This document shows, piece by piece, positions 38,734-57,983 of a DNA stretch of 64,000 bases. The translations under genes and the position numbers were made by a program. This DNA comes from Amoebidium appalachense. Taxonomy: Eukaryota > Protista > Ichthyosporea. The stretch is taken from positions 1,293,062 to 1,357,061 of the forward strand of contig CAVNZM010000016.1 of the NCBI GenBank assembly GCA_963693365.1, read 5' to 3'. The stretch's first letter is position 1; each line of letters starts with the position of its first letter. The notes beneath the pieces were generated by a model that was not told where the DNA came from, searched no databases, and saw only the letters and a list, made by a program, of their open reading frames with translations.

Positions 38734-39279
38734 TCGCCAACTGTTTTTCTACTGATGGTAATGTACAATCATTTGCAAAGTACTCGGATGTACACTTGCT
38801 GTGGAAATATGATCGAGGAAGGCCATGCCAGATACGGTGTAAGTCAGGAATCCGCTCGCTCAGTGTGTGTGTGTGTGTGTTTGGGGGGGGAAGGGGGGGG
38901 AGGGGGGGGGGGGGGGGGGGGGGAAGTAGGGGTTAGGGTGCCCCCCCCCCCCCCCCCCCCTCCTCCTCCTCCTTCTTCCCTCTCCTCCCCCCACCCGCTC
39001 ACCCAACAAGTTCAAAAAAAAAAAAAAAAAAAAAAAAACTCGTTTGTGACAGAAAAAAAAGAACAGAGAATTCGAAAAGACTTTGAAGGTAGAGATATAA
39101 AGTAGACATGTCGACTATAGCACGATGCTGCGTGCACGGAGCACGAAACAAGCTGTCGGATCGAAACTTCGGACCAATTTAAATTTCATGCCGCACGTGA
39201 ATCAGTTGCACAACTTGGATGCATATGCGTATTCTGTACGTTTGTTTTGTAATCCTGTAGTATTGTTGCATGTTTCTTA

Positions 39280-39714
39280 TCATTGCTGCCTTCCAGAAAC
39301 GTTCAAGTTTTCGTTGTAGCTGACCGGCACAAACCACTTCGGGTGTGTAAACACTAGTGGTTCGTCATTATAATGAGTCTGTTCCCATCCTCCGACCCCG
39401 GGGCCCCCAGACCCGGGGACCAAAGGAACGGAATTTCTCCTTTGCACCCCGTAGAGATTATTTGCGTAAGTAAGAGCTGCCATGACGTCTTTTCTGCACA
39501 CGTTTAAATCTTCTGGGTCTGCGTATTCACGGCTAAACGGTGGGTATTTTCCCTCAGACGAATGGATTTCCTTCCAAAACCTGGGCGCTTCGAATGCACG
39601 CAGGTGTGACTTTTCGCGGTATTCGCACCATGTCCTATCTATACTGTGCCTGCGCTTTTCCACGCGGATGACTGTGGGTGTGTTGTCTTTCTTTCCCTTG
39701 TCGGTTGAGGCCAT
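39280..39714 (-). CDS. Hypothetical 144-aa protein
   Basis: ATG in an AAAAAATGG context, complex non-repetitive composition, located in unique sequence. No recognisable domain. Confidence 0.45.
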   Translation of the reverse strand: MASTDKGKKDNTPTVIRVEKRRHSIDRTWCEYREKSHLRAFEAPRFWKEIHSSEGKYPPFSREYADPEDLNVCRKDVMAALTYANNLYGVQRRNSVPLVPGSGGPGVGGWEQTHYNDEPLVFTHPKWFVPVSYNENLNVSGRQQ

Positions 39715-40924
39715 TTTTTTTCTCTTTCTTCCTTTTCTTTTCTTACGCTGTGTGCCTGATTTGATCGTATCTGTTTTCGGTTGAAAGGCAGCAGTACGTT
39801 CTCTCTCCTGTCGGCGGAGAATTCTGTCATGCTGAGAGACTCTATCTTATCCCTACTAGTTTTGAACTAGTTTTTTGCGGGCTTACATCAAAGTATGTGT
39901 CACCATATACACATAAGCAGGAAAACGAGGGTAAAAAGACAGCATACGGCTTTGTACGTGTGGACAGAAAAAAAGAACTGCATGTGGGTCTAAAGCAGCA
40001 TGTAGATTGCCGGGCATACGCTTTTCCGTTCGACGTAAACGCCCAAATGATTGGGAGATTATGGGATGACTTTCGATCAGCTCTGATTGGTGTAGTTTTT
40101 GATTCTCCAATCAATTGTCTAGAATGCAGGCGCACCGATCTGGCTACTCGTTCCTACAGTAACATTTATTACAATGAATTTCAGCATAAAGAATATCAAG
40201 CCACAATGATAATGCAATATTGATCATTAGTAAAGGCATTAACCTATGCGAACAAGCCGACCGAGATAACTGTACGACCCGGCACGTTCAGTGCACACGG
40301 AGGTCTAACAGGGTATAGGGGGAACGTACGGTTTATATCAGGGGTTGCCGGGGTTTGGCGCTCTCGATCGTATTTAGGCAAATTCCAAGCATTTTGACAC
40401 CCTTCAGGGTCGTATTGACTAATTAGATGCCCTCTTTTAATCGTATTTCAGGGTTTTCTAAATCGTATTTTGGGGCAATACGATTTGAAACGCAAACCCT
40501 GAGAAATGATTAGCACAATCAAATCTTTGATTGGTCGGTCAACACACACACGCACACGCGGACATACCAGTCACATACACGCCTTTTTGATTCTCTCTAC
40601 GCACTCACACCACCATCACAACGCGTACACGAATTAGCCCTTAAATTTCACGAGCACATCACCCGCCTGTCCGCTTGTGCCCCGGACCACCCGCTCTTCC
40701 GGCTACACGCATCCCCGCCGGACTCGCCCCTCTACCTCTTCCCTTCCCCATCGTCTCTGCCCATTGCCGAGCAATATGTGGAATGGCAGGCGACCCCACC
40801 GGAGGTACGGCTAGATCATAGTGTGAATATGAATAGTTTTAAGTCTATGGCTGATAGATATCTTTTTACTCTACGTGTTGAGTCCCTTCCGGTGTTAGGA
40901 CCGCAAAAACACCAACTACTAGTA

Positions 40925-41470
40925 GCCTATACGGCGGATACGGTTAGAGAGTCTCGTTCATACATAGATTCGTTTATTCGTAATGTGGTGTGGTGTAAAA
41001 ACGCAAAGATGATTATGGCTTGGCGGTGTAATCGGTTTCTGGTGTCTCCTGCTCGTATGTGTAATATGTGTAGGGGCGGTTTACTCGCGGCTGCATATCT
41101 ATCAATAAGTGCAACCTGTTAGCTAACATATTAGAACCGGAGGTTATTGGTGGTTTTATTCTCTTTTCTTCCTCTCTTCCTCAATATATCCGTTTTAAGA
41201 TGACTATCCTAGATCACCTTATTAATGCTGCACCGTTATGATATTGTGATCCGGTGCCTTAACTTTCTTTCGGAGCTACCGATGCTAGCCTCTGCTTACC
41301 CATAATATGTAATATAGGGGTGTCATATACTACGATGGCGCTCATTGTTGCCTAGCATGTACGTATGTCACTGGCTGCATTTGATTGGCTGCGCTGGAAA
41401 ACGCAGTAGGCCGTCGAATGTGGCTGGGCCTCCGGCAGTGTCCACGCAATAAAAAGTGTGTAAACTCCAC
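40925..41470. repeat. Dispersed repeat family R1, copy 2
   Basis: Near-identical to 50870-51303 and homologous to 24141-24665. Confidence 0.88.
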
Positions 41471-41667
41471 ACATACACACACGCACAGAGGGAGTAAGGG
41501 AGGGAGACGGAGGGAGGACTCGGGGAGGGAGAGAGAGACGGGGGGAGAGAGAACGAGTGGGGGGGGTTTGAATGCGGAACACGAAGTACGAATACACGAA
41601 GTACACATGCAAAGGCAAATATTCAAGTATGCAAAGAAAGAGTGGGGGGGGGGGGGGGGGGGGGGGG

Positions 41668-41745
<78 letters not shown>

Positions 41746-42482
41746 GAGAGAAAGAAAGAGGGGGGGGGGGGGGGGGAAGAGAGAGGGAGAGAGAGAGAGA
41801 GAGGAAGGGGCAGAGAGAGAGTGTTTGTGTGTGTCTGTGTGTGCTGACAACCAAAAATCTGCGGCCCTCAAATATATAGACGAATACATATCGAGGATGC
41901 CATTCCTAAACGTAAAAGAAAGCCAAGGTATGTACAGGACGTAAGGAGAGGTAGAGGACTTGAATCAGAATATATGATCGATCCACGTTTTGAATTTGTA
42001 TGTATGTACCACATCGCATCAAAAATTTAGAGGTTTTTTTTAGAGAATGGCCGGCTGGCCGGCAAGTCATACACATTAGATAGACACCTCAGACATAATA
42101 TTTGGACAGTTTTTTGATTATTCATAAAGTTCTTACATACATTCAAATGGCTACATCATAATTATGGTGTCGGATCCATACGTTTGCTAAACATTCAAAG
42201 ATCGATAGTACATTAAATTCAATATCAGATTTGATACACGGGTGAAACCTTCAACCTTACCATGAGCTGGGATTATCGGGAAAAACTCTTGTGTCCGATA
42301 GCACTACCCAAAATTTCCAGCCAAAAAGAACGAGGGGGGAGGAGGGGAAAGGGGGGGGGGGGGGGGGGGGGGGGGGGAGGAGGGGGGGGGGGGGGGGGAG
42401 GGGGGATCCCTACGTGCATTGGAATATCTATCTAAATATATAAAAATGTCTGCCACAGTATATTCCGCAACCATCTCATAAT

Positions 42483-47077
<4,595 letters not shown>

Positions 47078-48129
47078 GGTGTGTGCGTGCGCGCGCGTGT
47101 GTGTGACACTGCCTGTGTGTCAATGGAAAAAGAAAAGCTATTATCGGTAACTAGTTTGTGGTGTGCCGTTGGCAGGAATCGATCGATCAATGATCGATGT
47201 GAATTGGCGCGACCTCAGTGAATTTCGTGCACGGTATGCTACATAAGGCTTTTGCGCGTGTTTTTTATATGTTATAGGCTACAAAAAAAAGTGAAAGAAC
47301 CTAAGTATGCAGGATATGTTTGTCCCGGATTGTTATTGGGCAAAGAATTGGCATGCAGTGATGCTGATGGGTGTGACGATGACAACAGGTGTTTATATTC
47401 TCCGCCGTTGAACACACTAAACTATAAAGGTTCCTACACAAACTTGACTAGACCTTTAGCAACCTTGAAAAAGCCTCCAAAAAAATTGAACTCACCGCAC
47501 AATTTGAAATGAATTTCGGTGTCAACCCTAGCCTACAGTCCTTCAAACTCGCGGCTAACACCATACCATCTCCGTTTTTGTAAGGCCGTGTGTCCCCCGG
47601 GAATCCCCAAACACTCCTGTATGTGTGGGGCGAACTGTATGGGCATAAACAGGAAATCACAATTTTCAAGTTCTGGAAATCAAATGGGGAATTGGGGATC
47701 CATGCATTCAATTACAGAAATAGGACTTGACGTTGTCCTATATAGACTAGCAGGCCAAAAAAATACAACTCATACAAAGTTTTTAATCTTGACTTAGTGA
47801 AGAGGTCCCATTTGACTATTTCCCTTGGAAGTTGGCGATTAATTACGGAGAAATGATTGGGGTTTCCACATGCAGCGAGTTTAGTTCCCACACCCCGCAG
47901 GCCGGTTCGAGGGGTTTCGCAGTGATGCAATTTTATCCAATCAACGTGAACTCATGCATTCCAATTGAATGCGTTTTACACCAATCAAAACTTTATGTGA
48001 TAGATTGGCCCACGCATGTTCATTACGATCCTCGTGGACAGGTTGCTGTGTGGCAACTGTGACAGGCAACGGACTCACAGCCGCACGTTTATCCGAAGCT
48101 TTGTGATCACATGCGCCACTTAATTGCAT

Positions 48130-49012
<883 letters not shown>

Positions 49013-49349
49013 AAAAATAACTAAATAATTTCAAGTCTTCTTATGACACGGTGTTTCATAGAGTAGGGAAGCAGTTATATTTGAGTCACCCGACCTTCAT
49101 GTAGCATAAGGTACCTGATCTCGATATAACGCTGATGGGGTACTGCAAGCAAAACATCCCCATACCTGAGACTGGTCTCGCTGCGCCTCGAGTAAACAGC
49201 ATAAACCCCAAACGATATAAAAAAGTTTAATTAATGATGAGACCTCCCCCTTCCCCCCCCCCCCCCCCCCCCCCTCCCCCCCCCCCCCCCACACACACAC
49301 ACAAAATAAGACCCTCCCCACCTCTCCCCTAACACCTAACCCCCAACCC

Positions 49350-49397
<48 letters not shown>

Positions 49398-50185
49398 AAA
49401 AAAAAAATCCCAAACCCCAATAAATCCACACCATCCGTCCGCACGGCCGTGAGGCCCAGGTCTGAATTCAACGTTAAAAAGGGGCAGTTCACTAAACGGT
49501 ACTGTAACCATAGATATGCCACCCCTAGTAACACCAGATCTTTTTGCAGTGATAATGATATGTTGGGGACTCAACTTTCTAGGTTAGCCTCATCATCGCA
49601 AAGTTTTCTTCGCAGCGACTGTCACAAAAAAAATCAATTATGCGCTTTCACTGGCGCACACTTGCGACATGCACAAATAATCGCATCGCACAACGGTGAT
49701 ACCGAACAAATATAGTTAAAAAAGCCTAAAATGATACATGCTGGTCACGGGCGGAATTCGAAAACAGCCCATGTCCAAAGAAGAAGAGCACAATGTCAAT
49801 ATGGGTGGCTCCAGATGCGCGTGTCAAAGTTTGAAGCGTGTCTTTGTGTAGATGTCTGCCCGCAGCCTACAGTACATACTATGATACGGCGTTCGTGATA
49901 TTTTGGGGCTCCAGTTACCGTATGGCATATGCATGTGTATTATTTCCGTATTTAGTAGTGGTTTTTTCTCGTGAGGAAAGTTTTTCTCCAGAAGTTGCTT
50001 ACTCTCCGAGTTCTCCCCCCCCCCCCCCCCCCCCCCCGCCCTTTCCTTGCCCCAAAAGCCTTTGCTTGTGGTTGTGCGTGCGCGTGCGCGTGCGCAACGC
50101 TGTGCGCATTCGTGCTTGTGTGCGTGTGTGCGTGTGCATTGTGCGGGTCCTCACCCTCCTTACCTTCTTTCACCACCCCTTTGAA

Positions 50186-50269
<84 letters not shown>

Positions 50270-50801
50270 CAACGGGAGGGAAGGGGGGGGGGGGAGGGAT
50301 GAGGCCCCGTGGGTGAGGGGGAACGGGCAGTATGAAACAATAGGTACAGGCCGTTGAAGATGTAAAAGAAACACAACGGGATCGAATGACTGGCAAGTCT
50401 TAGACCGGATATTACGATTCAAAAAAGGGACCAGGCAGGGCGGTGTGCAATTATGGGGGGCGCTTGCACGGGGAAACCCTAGGGGGGGGGGGGGGGGGGA
50501 AGGGGGGAGGGGGGGGGAGGGGGGGTTAGGGGACCGATCAGGCAAAAAGTTAAATTTTTATATGTACTCCTACAATCCAATAAACCTGCATCTCTCCTTG
50601 CCTGTAAACTTTCTCATTCAGCAATACCGTTACACAGACATTCAATCAGATTCTCAGTATATCTCTGCCCACACTGAAACGTTTGTAAAGGTTTAGGGAC
50701 CCAGTGCAGATAGTTGCACCGGCTAGAAAGGTCCAGGTTTCCAATGGTCGGAAAAAACATTTAGACTTTCTCAAAGATACGTAGCCTTAATAATATGTCG
50801 T

Positions 50802-50869
50802 GGGGGGCGGGTTGGTGCAATGGTAAGATCTCTGCGTGTCAAGCTCCGAGTCGCAGGATCGATCCTGGT
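50802..50869 (+). mobile_element. Isolated tRNA-like head of the same SINE family
   Basis: GGGGGGCGGGTTGGTGCAATGGTAAGATCTCTGCGTGTCAAGCTC..AGTCGCAGGATCGATCCTGGT is nearly identical to the reverse complement of ~10566-10633. Confidence 0.88.
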
Positions 50870-51303
50870 ATATGGCGGATACGGTTAGAGAGTCTCGTTC
50901 ATACATAGATTCGTTTATTCGTAATGTGGTGTGGTGTAAAAACGCAAAGATGATTATGGCTTGGCGGTGTAATTGGTTTCTGGTGTCTCCTGATCGTATG
51001 TGTAATATGTGTGGGGGGCGGTTTACTCGCGGATGCATATCTATCAATAAGTGTTACCTGTCAGCTAACGTAATAGAACCGGAGGTTATTGGCGGTCTTA
51101 TTCTCTTTTCTCCCTATCTTCCTCAATATATCCGTATTAAAATGACTATCCTAGATTACCTTATTAATGCTGCACCGTTATATGATATTGTTATACGGTG
51201 CCTTAACTTTCTTTCGGAGCTACCGATGCTAGCCTCTGCTTACCCATAATATGTAATAGGGGTGTCCCATACTACGGTGGCGCTAATTGTTGCCTAGCAT
51301 GTA
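50870..51303. repeat. Dispersed repeat family R1, copy 3 (truncated at both ends)
   Basis: Homology to 40928-41360 begins at the SINE head and stops at the putative Copia-2 LTR. Confidence 0.88.
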
Positions 51304-54300
51304 AAATTATATAAGTCTAATCACACATGTTATTCTAAGTGTAGCCTAAGTGTGTTACCGTCCAATGAACACGTATTAAGTAACACAAATCTACCTAACA
51401 TATATTAGTAGAAAAGAAATACGATTATACACATGAAGACAAGGAGAGAAAGAAAAGAAAGTAAGGAAGGAGAAAGAGAAAGGAAAAGAGAGCACAGATC
51501 AACAAACAAGATAGTAATAGCATAACTATAACCAGAGATATTTATGTACACACAAACATGTACACGTCTCTCCCTGAGTGGGTGGATCCGTGTACACACA
51601 TATAAATATTCTAATCGATATCACAATACACGATTGGAGCCGATACAACACGATTACAAGTATTATAAAGCATATCGGAGATCGATGCTACACTTTACAT
51701 AATAGGAGTGTGGCATGTACACTAAGCATATGAACTCGGAAACATAACACAAACTGAGAAGATCTTACCATATGTAAATATTACGTATTACAACATCCCC
51801 ACTTAAGACTTTGAAGTTTGTGTTATCATATCCCCACTGAACTAGTGAAATCTCCCCACTTGAGAACAGAAACGGAAAAAAAAAAATAAAAGTGTGTACT
51901 TTTCCCGGGGGGAGGGGGGGAGGGGGGGGAAGGGGGGGGGGGGGGGGGAAGGGGGGGGGGGGGGGGAGGGGGGGGGGGGGGAGGGGGGGGGGATGGGGGG
52001 GAACCGGGGCAAAAACAACGAATATGTATAACGTTTATAGTCGGGGTTAGACTAACTGGGTTTGAAACCAGTGAAAGATAGAGTAGAATCGCGGTACAGG
52101 TCAAACCATATATAAAAACCCTAAGTGGGCATACCCACAAAGGCAATATACATATGAAATAATGATGGTGGTAAAGTAAGTAGTAATCATTCCGGCCGGG
52201 AGGCAGTGTTGATGCATCTGCTGTCCAGGGCCCCAGCCGTAGTAGAAAACCACTCGTGAAGTAAGACGGGTCAATCGACAATGTCCGGCACACAAAGTCG
52301 GGCACGATGGGTGACGTGACTCGGGCCGGGGAGGGGTTTGGTGAGGATGTCGGCCAAGTTGTGAGCTGACTCGACGTAGTGGACAACAACATCCCCACTG
52401 GCAATGTAGTCTTTGGTGTTATGGTACCGGACAGCAATGTGTTTGGTACGGTGCGTGATGCCGGTGGAGTTGACGATGGCAATGGTCGACTGGTTGTCAC
52501 AATACACCAGAGTCGGAGCAAGCATGGGGCAGCCGAGTTCCTTGAAGAGGTCACGGACCCAAGCAACTTCCTGGGTGCCAGCATTGAGAGCAATCAGCTC
52601 AGCTTCGGTGGTGCTGGTGGCCGTGATGGGCTGGAGCTTGGAGTACCAGATGATGGGCATACCAGCAAACTCGATGATGTAGCCGGTGGTAGACTTCTTG
52701 CTGTCGGCACAACCAGCAAAGTCAGCATCCGTGTAGCACTCGAGTATGGGGGGCTTGGTGGCCGAGTACTTGTAGTCAATGCCAAGGTCAATGGTGCCGA
52801 GCAGGTAGTACCGGGCCACGCGACGGAGAAGGTCCCAGTGAGTCTTGCCGGGGTTGGTGCTGAACCGACCAAGGAAGCCGATGGCATAGGCAATGTCGGG
52901 AGGTGTGCACTGTGCCACCCAGAGAAGACGGCCAAGTAACTCACGGTAGGGCACGGTGAACGGTTGGGGGGGGGCAGTCAGCCAGGGAGACGGTGGTGCC
53001 TGCAGGGATGGGGGTAGACTTGGACTTGGCATCGGTGAGGTTGAAGTCGTGGATGATATCCATGATGTAAGACCTCTGGTGCATGTGGGGGTGATGGGGA
53101 TCGGAGTGATTAAAATCAACACCGAGCATACGGTCAAATGGACTCATACGACAGCTGGCCATCTTGCTGATGTGGGCAGCCAGGTCACTGGCAGCAGTAG
53201 AACCCCGGGTGTTGGTGATGGTGGAGTCGTCGACGTAGTTACCAGCCCGAACCACATCGTTGTTGGGGAAGAACCGGAGGTAGATGCACGTGTCAGTCTT
53301 ACTGTACGGGTCAGGCCATGGGCAAGAAGAATGCCGTCGAGGAAGTCACGGTCGTACCAAGCCTTGGAGGTTTGCTTGAGGCCATACAGGGCTTTCTTGA
53401 GTCTCCAGGCCTTGCCAAGGGTGGCCATGGTGATGAATCCCGGGGGTTGTTTCATGTAGATGGTCTCGGTGAGTGGGCTGTTGAGAAAGGCCGTAGACAC
53501 GTCGAGTTGATGGATGTCATGACCTTCAACAACGGCCAGACTCTAGGATAGCACGGAGAGCAGCCGGACGGATGACAGGGCTCTCAATCAACTCATAGTC
53601 AACACCGTATTGCTGACTGAAGCCTTGAGCAACACCACGGGCCTTGATCTTGGTGTCACCAGCCGAGTTGAGAGTTTTCTCAGAGACAATCCACTTGAAG
53701 CCGACGATGTTAGCACCAGGGGGAGGGTCAACGAGTTCAAAGATGTCTTTGTCGACGAAGGCTTGATACTCAGCAGTGAGGGCTGACTTGACCTGGTCAC
53801 CATTGGGTCCGGAACACAGTTGACGGACAAGTTTGGGTAGTTGGTCGATGTTGATGGGGGGACCGGGGGGAACAGGCAGGGTGGTGGTGGCTTGAAGTCC
53901 AACCTTGCCTTGTAGACGGGCAGAACGACGGGGTGCAGGAACCGGGGGGGGTGGAGACTGGGGGGGGGGAACTTGGAAGTTCGGAATTGCAGGGGGGGCA
54001 ACCTCAGGGCTTGACGGGGCCTAGTGGAAGTTGTCGGGGGAGCCGGGTCGGATGGGGGTGACGTTGCCAGGGGCAGGATGAATGTCGGCAGGCTCAGGCT
54101 GGACGGGCACGGGAGCAGGGGGGCCGGTGGGGGGGGGGTGTCGGTGGAACGACGACGGCAGGAGGGGGGCCAGAGTACACCAGACAAACATCATCTTCAG
54201 TGTCAACGATGGGGGGTGGGGTGGTCGAGGTGGCAGTGGTGTCGGGGGTCGGAAGTGTTGATGAGATTTCGGACGGGAGATAAGCTGATTCGTCGAAAAT

Positions 54301-56423
54301 CACATCACGGAAGAGGCCGACACGATGGGTGGTGGGGTTGAAGATCCGGTGGCAGTGTGATTGAAGATCATAGCCGATATACATGCCGAGTTTGACAGTG
54401 GGGGCCAGTTTGTTCCTTTTAGAGGCTGGCACATGAGTGTAGGCAGGGCAACCGAACACTTTGAGCTCGGATATGTCGGGCTTGACACCGTAGAAAACCT
54501 CGAATGGAGTACGACCATTGGCAGCCGTGGACGGGGTGACGTTGATGATGTAGGCAGCATGTTGGAGGGCCTCAGCCCACAGTTTGGGGGACAGAGACTG
54601 ATCTTGGACTTGATGGAGGAGGCAACGAACAATCTCTTGGAGGAACCGCATACGACGTTCAACATAGCCGTTCAGTTGAGGGCAGTCCACCGGAGCATAA
54701 CTGGCCTTGATGCCCTGGGAGAGGCAAAAAGCACGGGTAGCCTGGGAGGTGAACTCAGAGCCGGAGTCGAAGTGGTAGACACCAACTTTGGAGGGGGCAT
54801 GGGTAGCAACGAGGTTGGTGTGAGCTGTGAGAATGTCCAGGGTGGTTGTACGGTCGGCCATCGGGTAGATCTTGACGAGTCCGGAGGCACGGCAGACAGT
54901 GACGAGAGCAACCTTGGAACCTCCGTACGATGTTGTGGTAGGCTCAAAAAAATCCCAATGCCATTCATGACCGGGGGTGTTGGAGTGAGGACGGTCACTC
55001 TTGAACGGAGCCTTGGTGGTTTTACCCATAATGCAGCCATGACAATCAGGAACATCACAGTCGAGGACAGACGAGGGGAGACCAATAACAAGGTCGTGTT
55101 TCACCATGTCCTTGATGCTGGTCATAGCACGGTGCCCCAGACGATGGTGCCAGATGGATGGGTTAACACTGGTAGTGGCAGCCAGAGCCACAGGACGAGT
55201 GGGTGGTTGAATGGTGTAGTCCTTGAAGTAATACAGACCGTTGTGTAGACGGAGGTTGACGAGATGACGGCCGGTGAGTCGGTCGAAGAGGAATGACGGA
55301 GTGGAGGCATCATTCAAATCACCCTTGATGTATTCGGAGGAAGAGATGTTGAAGAGGAAGGCTTGGCCAGACGGGGTGTAGTAGGCCTCAATGGTAAGGG
55401 TGGCAGTGCCATGGTCGGTGGTGGTGTTGATGACGATATGGCCGGTGTGGGTGGCCAAGACGGGGTTCCCATTGAAGGCAGCAACGGGAGTCGGTGTCGG
55501 AAGGGGAGTGAGGTCATGGAAGAACTCACGGTTGGGGCAGACAGTCATGTTGCACCCGGAATCCCAGGCAGGGTCGGAGGACACGGGGACGGAGCTAGCA
55601 TTGTATGCAGAGAAAGCAAAGGAGACAGATTTCTCACTGCCTTGACGGGAACGGTTGTGTCTGGACATACGGCATTTCGGCTCGGGGCAATTGATGATCT
55701 TGTGATCAGGCTCGTGGCAGTAGGAGCATGCATTCACGGACGGGATGTTAGAACGAGCCGGGGAATCAGAACGACGGGAACCCGAGAAACGGGAACGACT
55801 GGGGGAACGAGACGTGGACCGGAAGGCATGCCGGTGGGGGGAACGGGATCGGGTGTGCTGACGGGAGAGACGAGTTCGGAGGTCCGTGCCAGGGGTACGG
55901 TCAAGTCGGTTGCGTAAGGGCACGGCGAGGAAGATCACGGGGGGGAGCACTGGCATTTAATGCCATGCTGGACTTGGAGGCACGGTGGGCACGGTTGCTC
56001 CGGAGTTGCATCTTGAGGTCTTGACGTAGCTCGATGCCCTTGACGTGGTTGTGGAGGGACTCGAAGTCGGGGAATAGCTTATCACCGAAGTGATAGTCTT
56101 CGATAAGACGGATGAACTCAGGGGTGAGGTCGTCTCTGGTGGTGAGTTCATTGAAGAACTTCTCAGCTAGACGAGTGAAGTGAATGGACTCATCTTGGAG
56201 GGACTGGAGCTGGTTCACGATGGTCTGCAGACGGCTCAGGTAGGTGGTGAATGATTCACCGGGCTGAAGGGCACAGGCATCCCACTGACGGTGAAGGATG
56301 CGGATCTGATCGGGTTTGCCTTGGAGGTAGTGTTGACGGAATTTCCACATGGCCCGTTCAGGGTCCATGCCAATGCGGTACTGGGCAACGGTGGTGAGCA
56401 CGGAAGGGTCGATGTTCTGAATA
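51300..56423 (-). mobile_element. Decayed Ty1/Copia element 2 (putative 3' LTR ~51300-51795; gag-pol 52271-56423), interrupted in gag
   Basis: CSYCHEPDHKIINC knuckle, WDSGC protease, WHHRLGH..CHGC, FDSGSEF/QLNGYVER integrase, LKKALYGLKQ, YVDD, YTDADFAG, TKHIAVRYH. A PPT (AAGTGGGGA) precedes TGTTG at 51795. Many frameshifts. The left LTR boundary is approximate. Confidence 0.9.
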
Positions 56424-56813
56424 AGGTTTTATTTGTGGAAATTATTGACATAAATATTTTTCTGGGTAAACACGTAGGATGGGTGTTCGATACCAACATA
56501 ACCATGTAGGCTTCATTTCGTGTTTTAGCAGTTAGCGGTTGGCTGCCCGCACACGGGCACCTATTAGCCAGTCAAAACATCAGATACCACAGATCACTAG
56601 ACCGAGTTATGATTGGCTCGGATCAGATTTCACATATCACTAGATCGATTTTTGATTGGTTCAGATCGGTAGGCTTAGGTATATAAGCACGACAGTTTTT
56701 AGCAGATCAGCAAGCTACAAACACATCTTCTGTGTTTAGCATCCACAGCCTTACAGCTATATATTCCTTTTCACTCCTTTTCATTCTCCCTATCTTTCCC
56801 TACGCCGGTCAGC

Positions 56814-57983
56814 ATGCCGCCGAAAAAGCGCCAGGCCTCAGCCGCCGCCCCTGCCGCGGCACCTAAGCGCCTGACCCGCAGCGACCTCCGCCACAGGCTG
56901 ACCAACGCTCCCGCGGACACTGACGCGCCTCCAGCGGCCCATACCACCACGGACCCGGACCCGCCGGCTACTCTCCCCTCCACCCCTGAAGTCCCCCCTC
57001 AGGCCCCGCCGTCCCCGCAGATGACTTCTCAAGACGCCGTCCTGGCCGCCCTCACCGCCATCAGCACCCAGATGGCTGGCGTCCTGGCTGCTCTCACCAA
57101 CCGCGACCCTCCCGCGCCCCCCGCCGCGCCCTCCACACCCGGGGAGGTTTCCCCGGGGCTGCATCTCGGCCCTGACCTTGACCTGCCTGCCCTGCCCGCG
57201 CCCCCCATCACAGGTGAGAACACTGGCGACATTCAGCCGGGCACACTCCCGCTTCCCCCCGCGGATGTGCTGGCAGATTTGCGCGCCAATCGTTTCGTCG
57301 ACCTGTATAAGTTCACCCCCGCCGCCCTCCTGGCCCCATCCAAGAAAGGTCAGCATCTGCGCATGGCCGACGACGGCAGCATCGAGACTTTTCGCCAAGA
57401 CAAACCCGTTCCCCTGCGTTCACTCGTCATTTGGATCCAAGCTTGGACCCATTACATGGCCGCCAAGCACCACCTCGGCCTTCCCACGGACAAAGACGTA
57501 CTTTGGACTCAGCACATCACTCGCCTCAGCACCCGATACCCGTGGGCCCAGATCCACAACTATGACGTATACGCCCGCACCGTGGCCCACCAGCAGGGTC
57601 GGGCTCCGATCGAGTGCCCCAACCTGCTCGCCCAACTCCACCAGGATCTCCTCCTGCCACCCACCCTGCTCATCCAGGACGCATGTCAGCGCTGTGGCTT
57701 CCCCGACCACCCCAGCGCGGCCTGCCCCATGTACCCCAAGCCCGGCTGTGGTCTTGACGGCTTTAAGCCGCCCCACAAGCCCGGCGGGGGTCACACCCCT
57801 AACCGCCCTGGCCCGCAACCCGGCCCGGCCAAACCGGCCCGACCCGTGGATCTACCCGCGACGCACTGCAGGAATTTCCACATTAACGGTCGGTCCTGCG
57901 CTAAGCAGCCCTGCCCCTTCTCCCACGTGTGCCCGCTCTGCTCTGGCACACACCCCCGCAAAGACTGCAAGCACAATGCCTAG
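56814..57983 (+). CDS. Ngaro ORF1 (Gag-like, zinc fingers)
   Basis: 389 aa; FVDL, W..YD, CQRCGFPDHPSAAC and CRNFH..C..PCPFSHVCPLCSGTHPRKDC motifs. Confidence 0.88.
   Translation: MPPKKRQASAAAPAAAPKRLTRSDLRHRLTNAPADTDAPPAAHTTTDPDPPATLPSTPEVPPQAPPSPQMTSQDAVLAALTAISTQMAGVLAALTNRDPPAPPAAPSTPGEVSPGLHLGPDLDLPALPAPPITGENTGDIQPGTLPLPPADVLADLRANRFVDLYKFTPAALLAPSKKGQHLRMADDGSIETFRQDKPVPLRSLVIWIQAWTHYMAAKHHLGLPTDKDVLWTQHITRLSTRYPWAQIHNYDVYARTVAHQQGRAPIECPNLLAQLHQDLLLPPTLLIQDACQRCGFPDHPSAACPMYPKPGCGLDGFKPPHKPGGGHTPNRPGPQPGPAKPARPVDLPATHCRNFHINGRSCAKQPCPFSHVCPLCSGTHPRKDCKHNA

Noticed and set aside
40319-40501. hAT-like MITE (CAGGG...CCCTG with ATCGTATT subrepeats)
   Set aside because: The TIR is very short and imperfect, there is no 8-bp TSD, and there is no second copy in the window.
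47250-48060. Short ORFs upstream of the GT47 gene
   Set aside because: No recognisable motifs or consistent splice model.
56424-56774. LTR of a standard LTR retrotransposon
   Set aside because: No TG..CA ends, PBS or TSD, and the element encodes a tyrosine recombinase rather than a DDE integrase.
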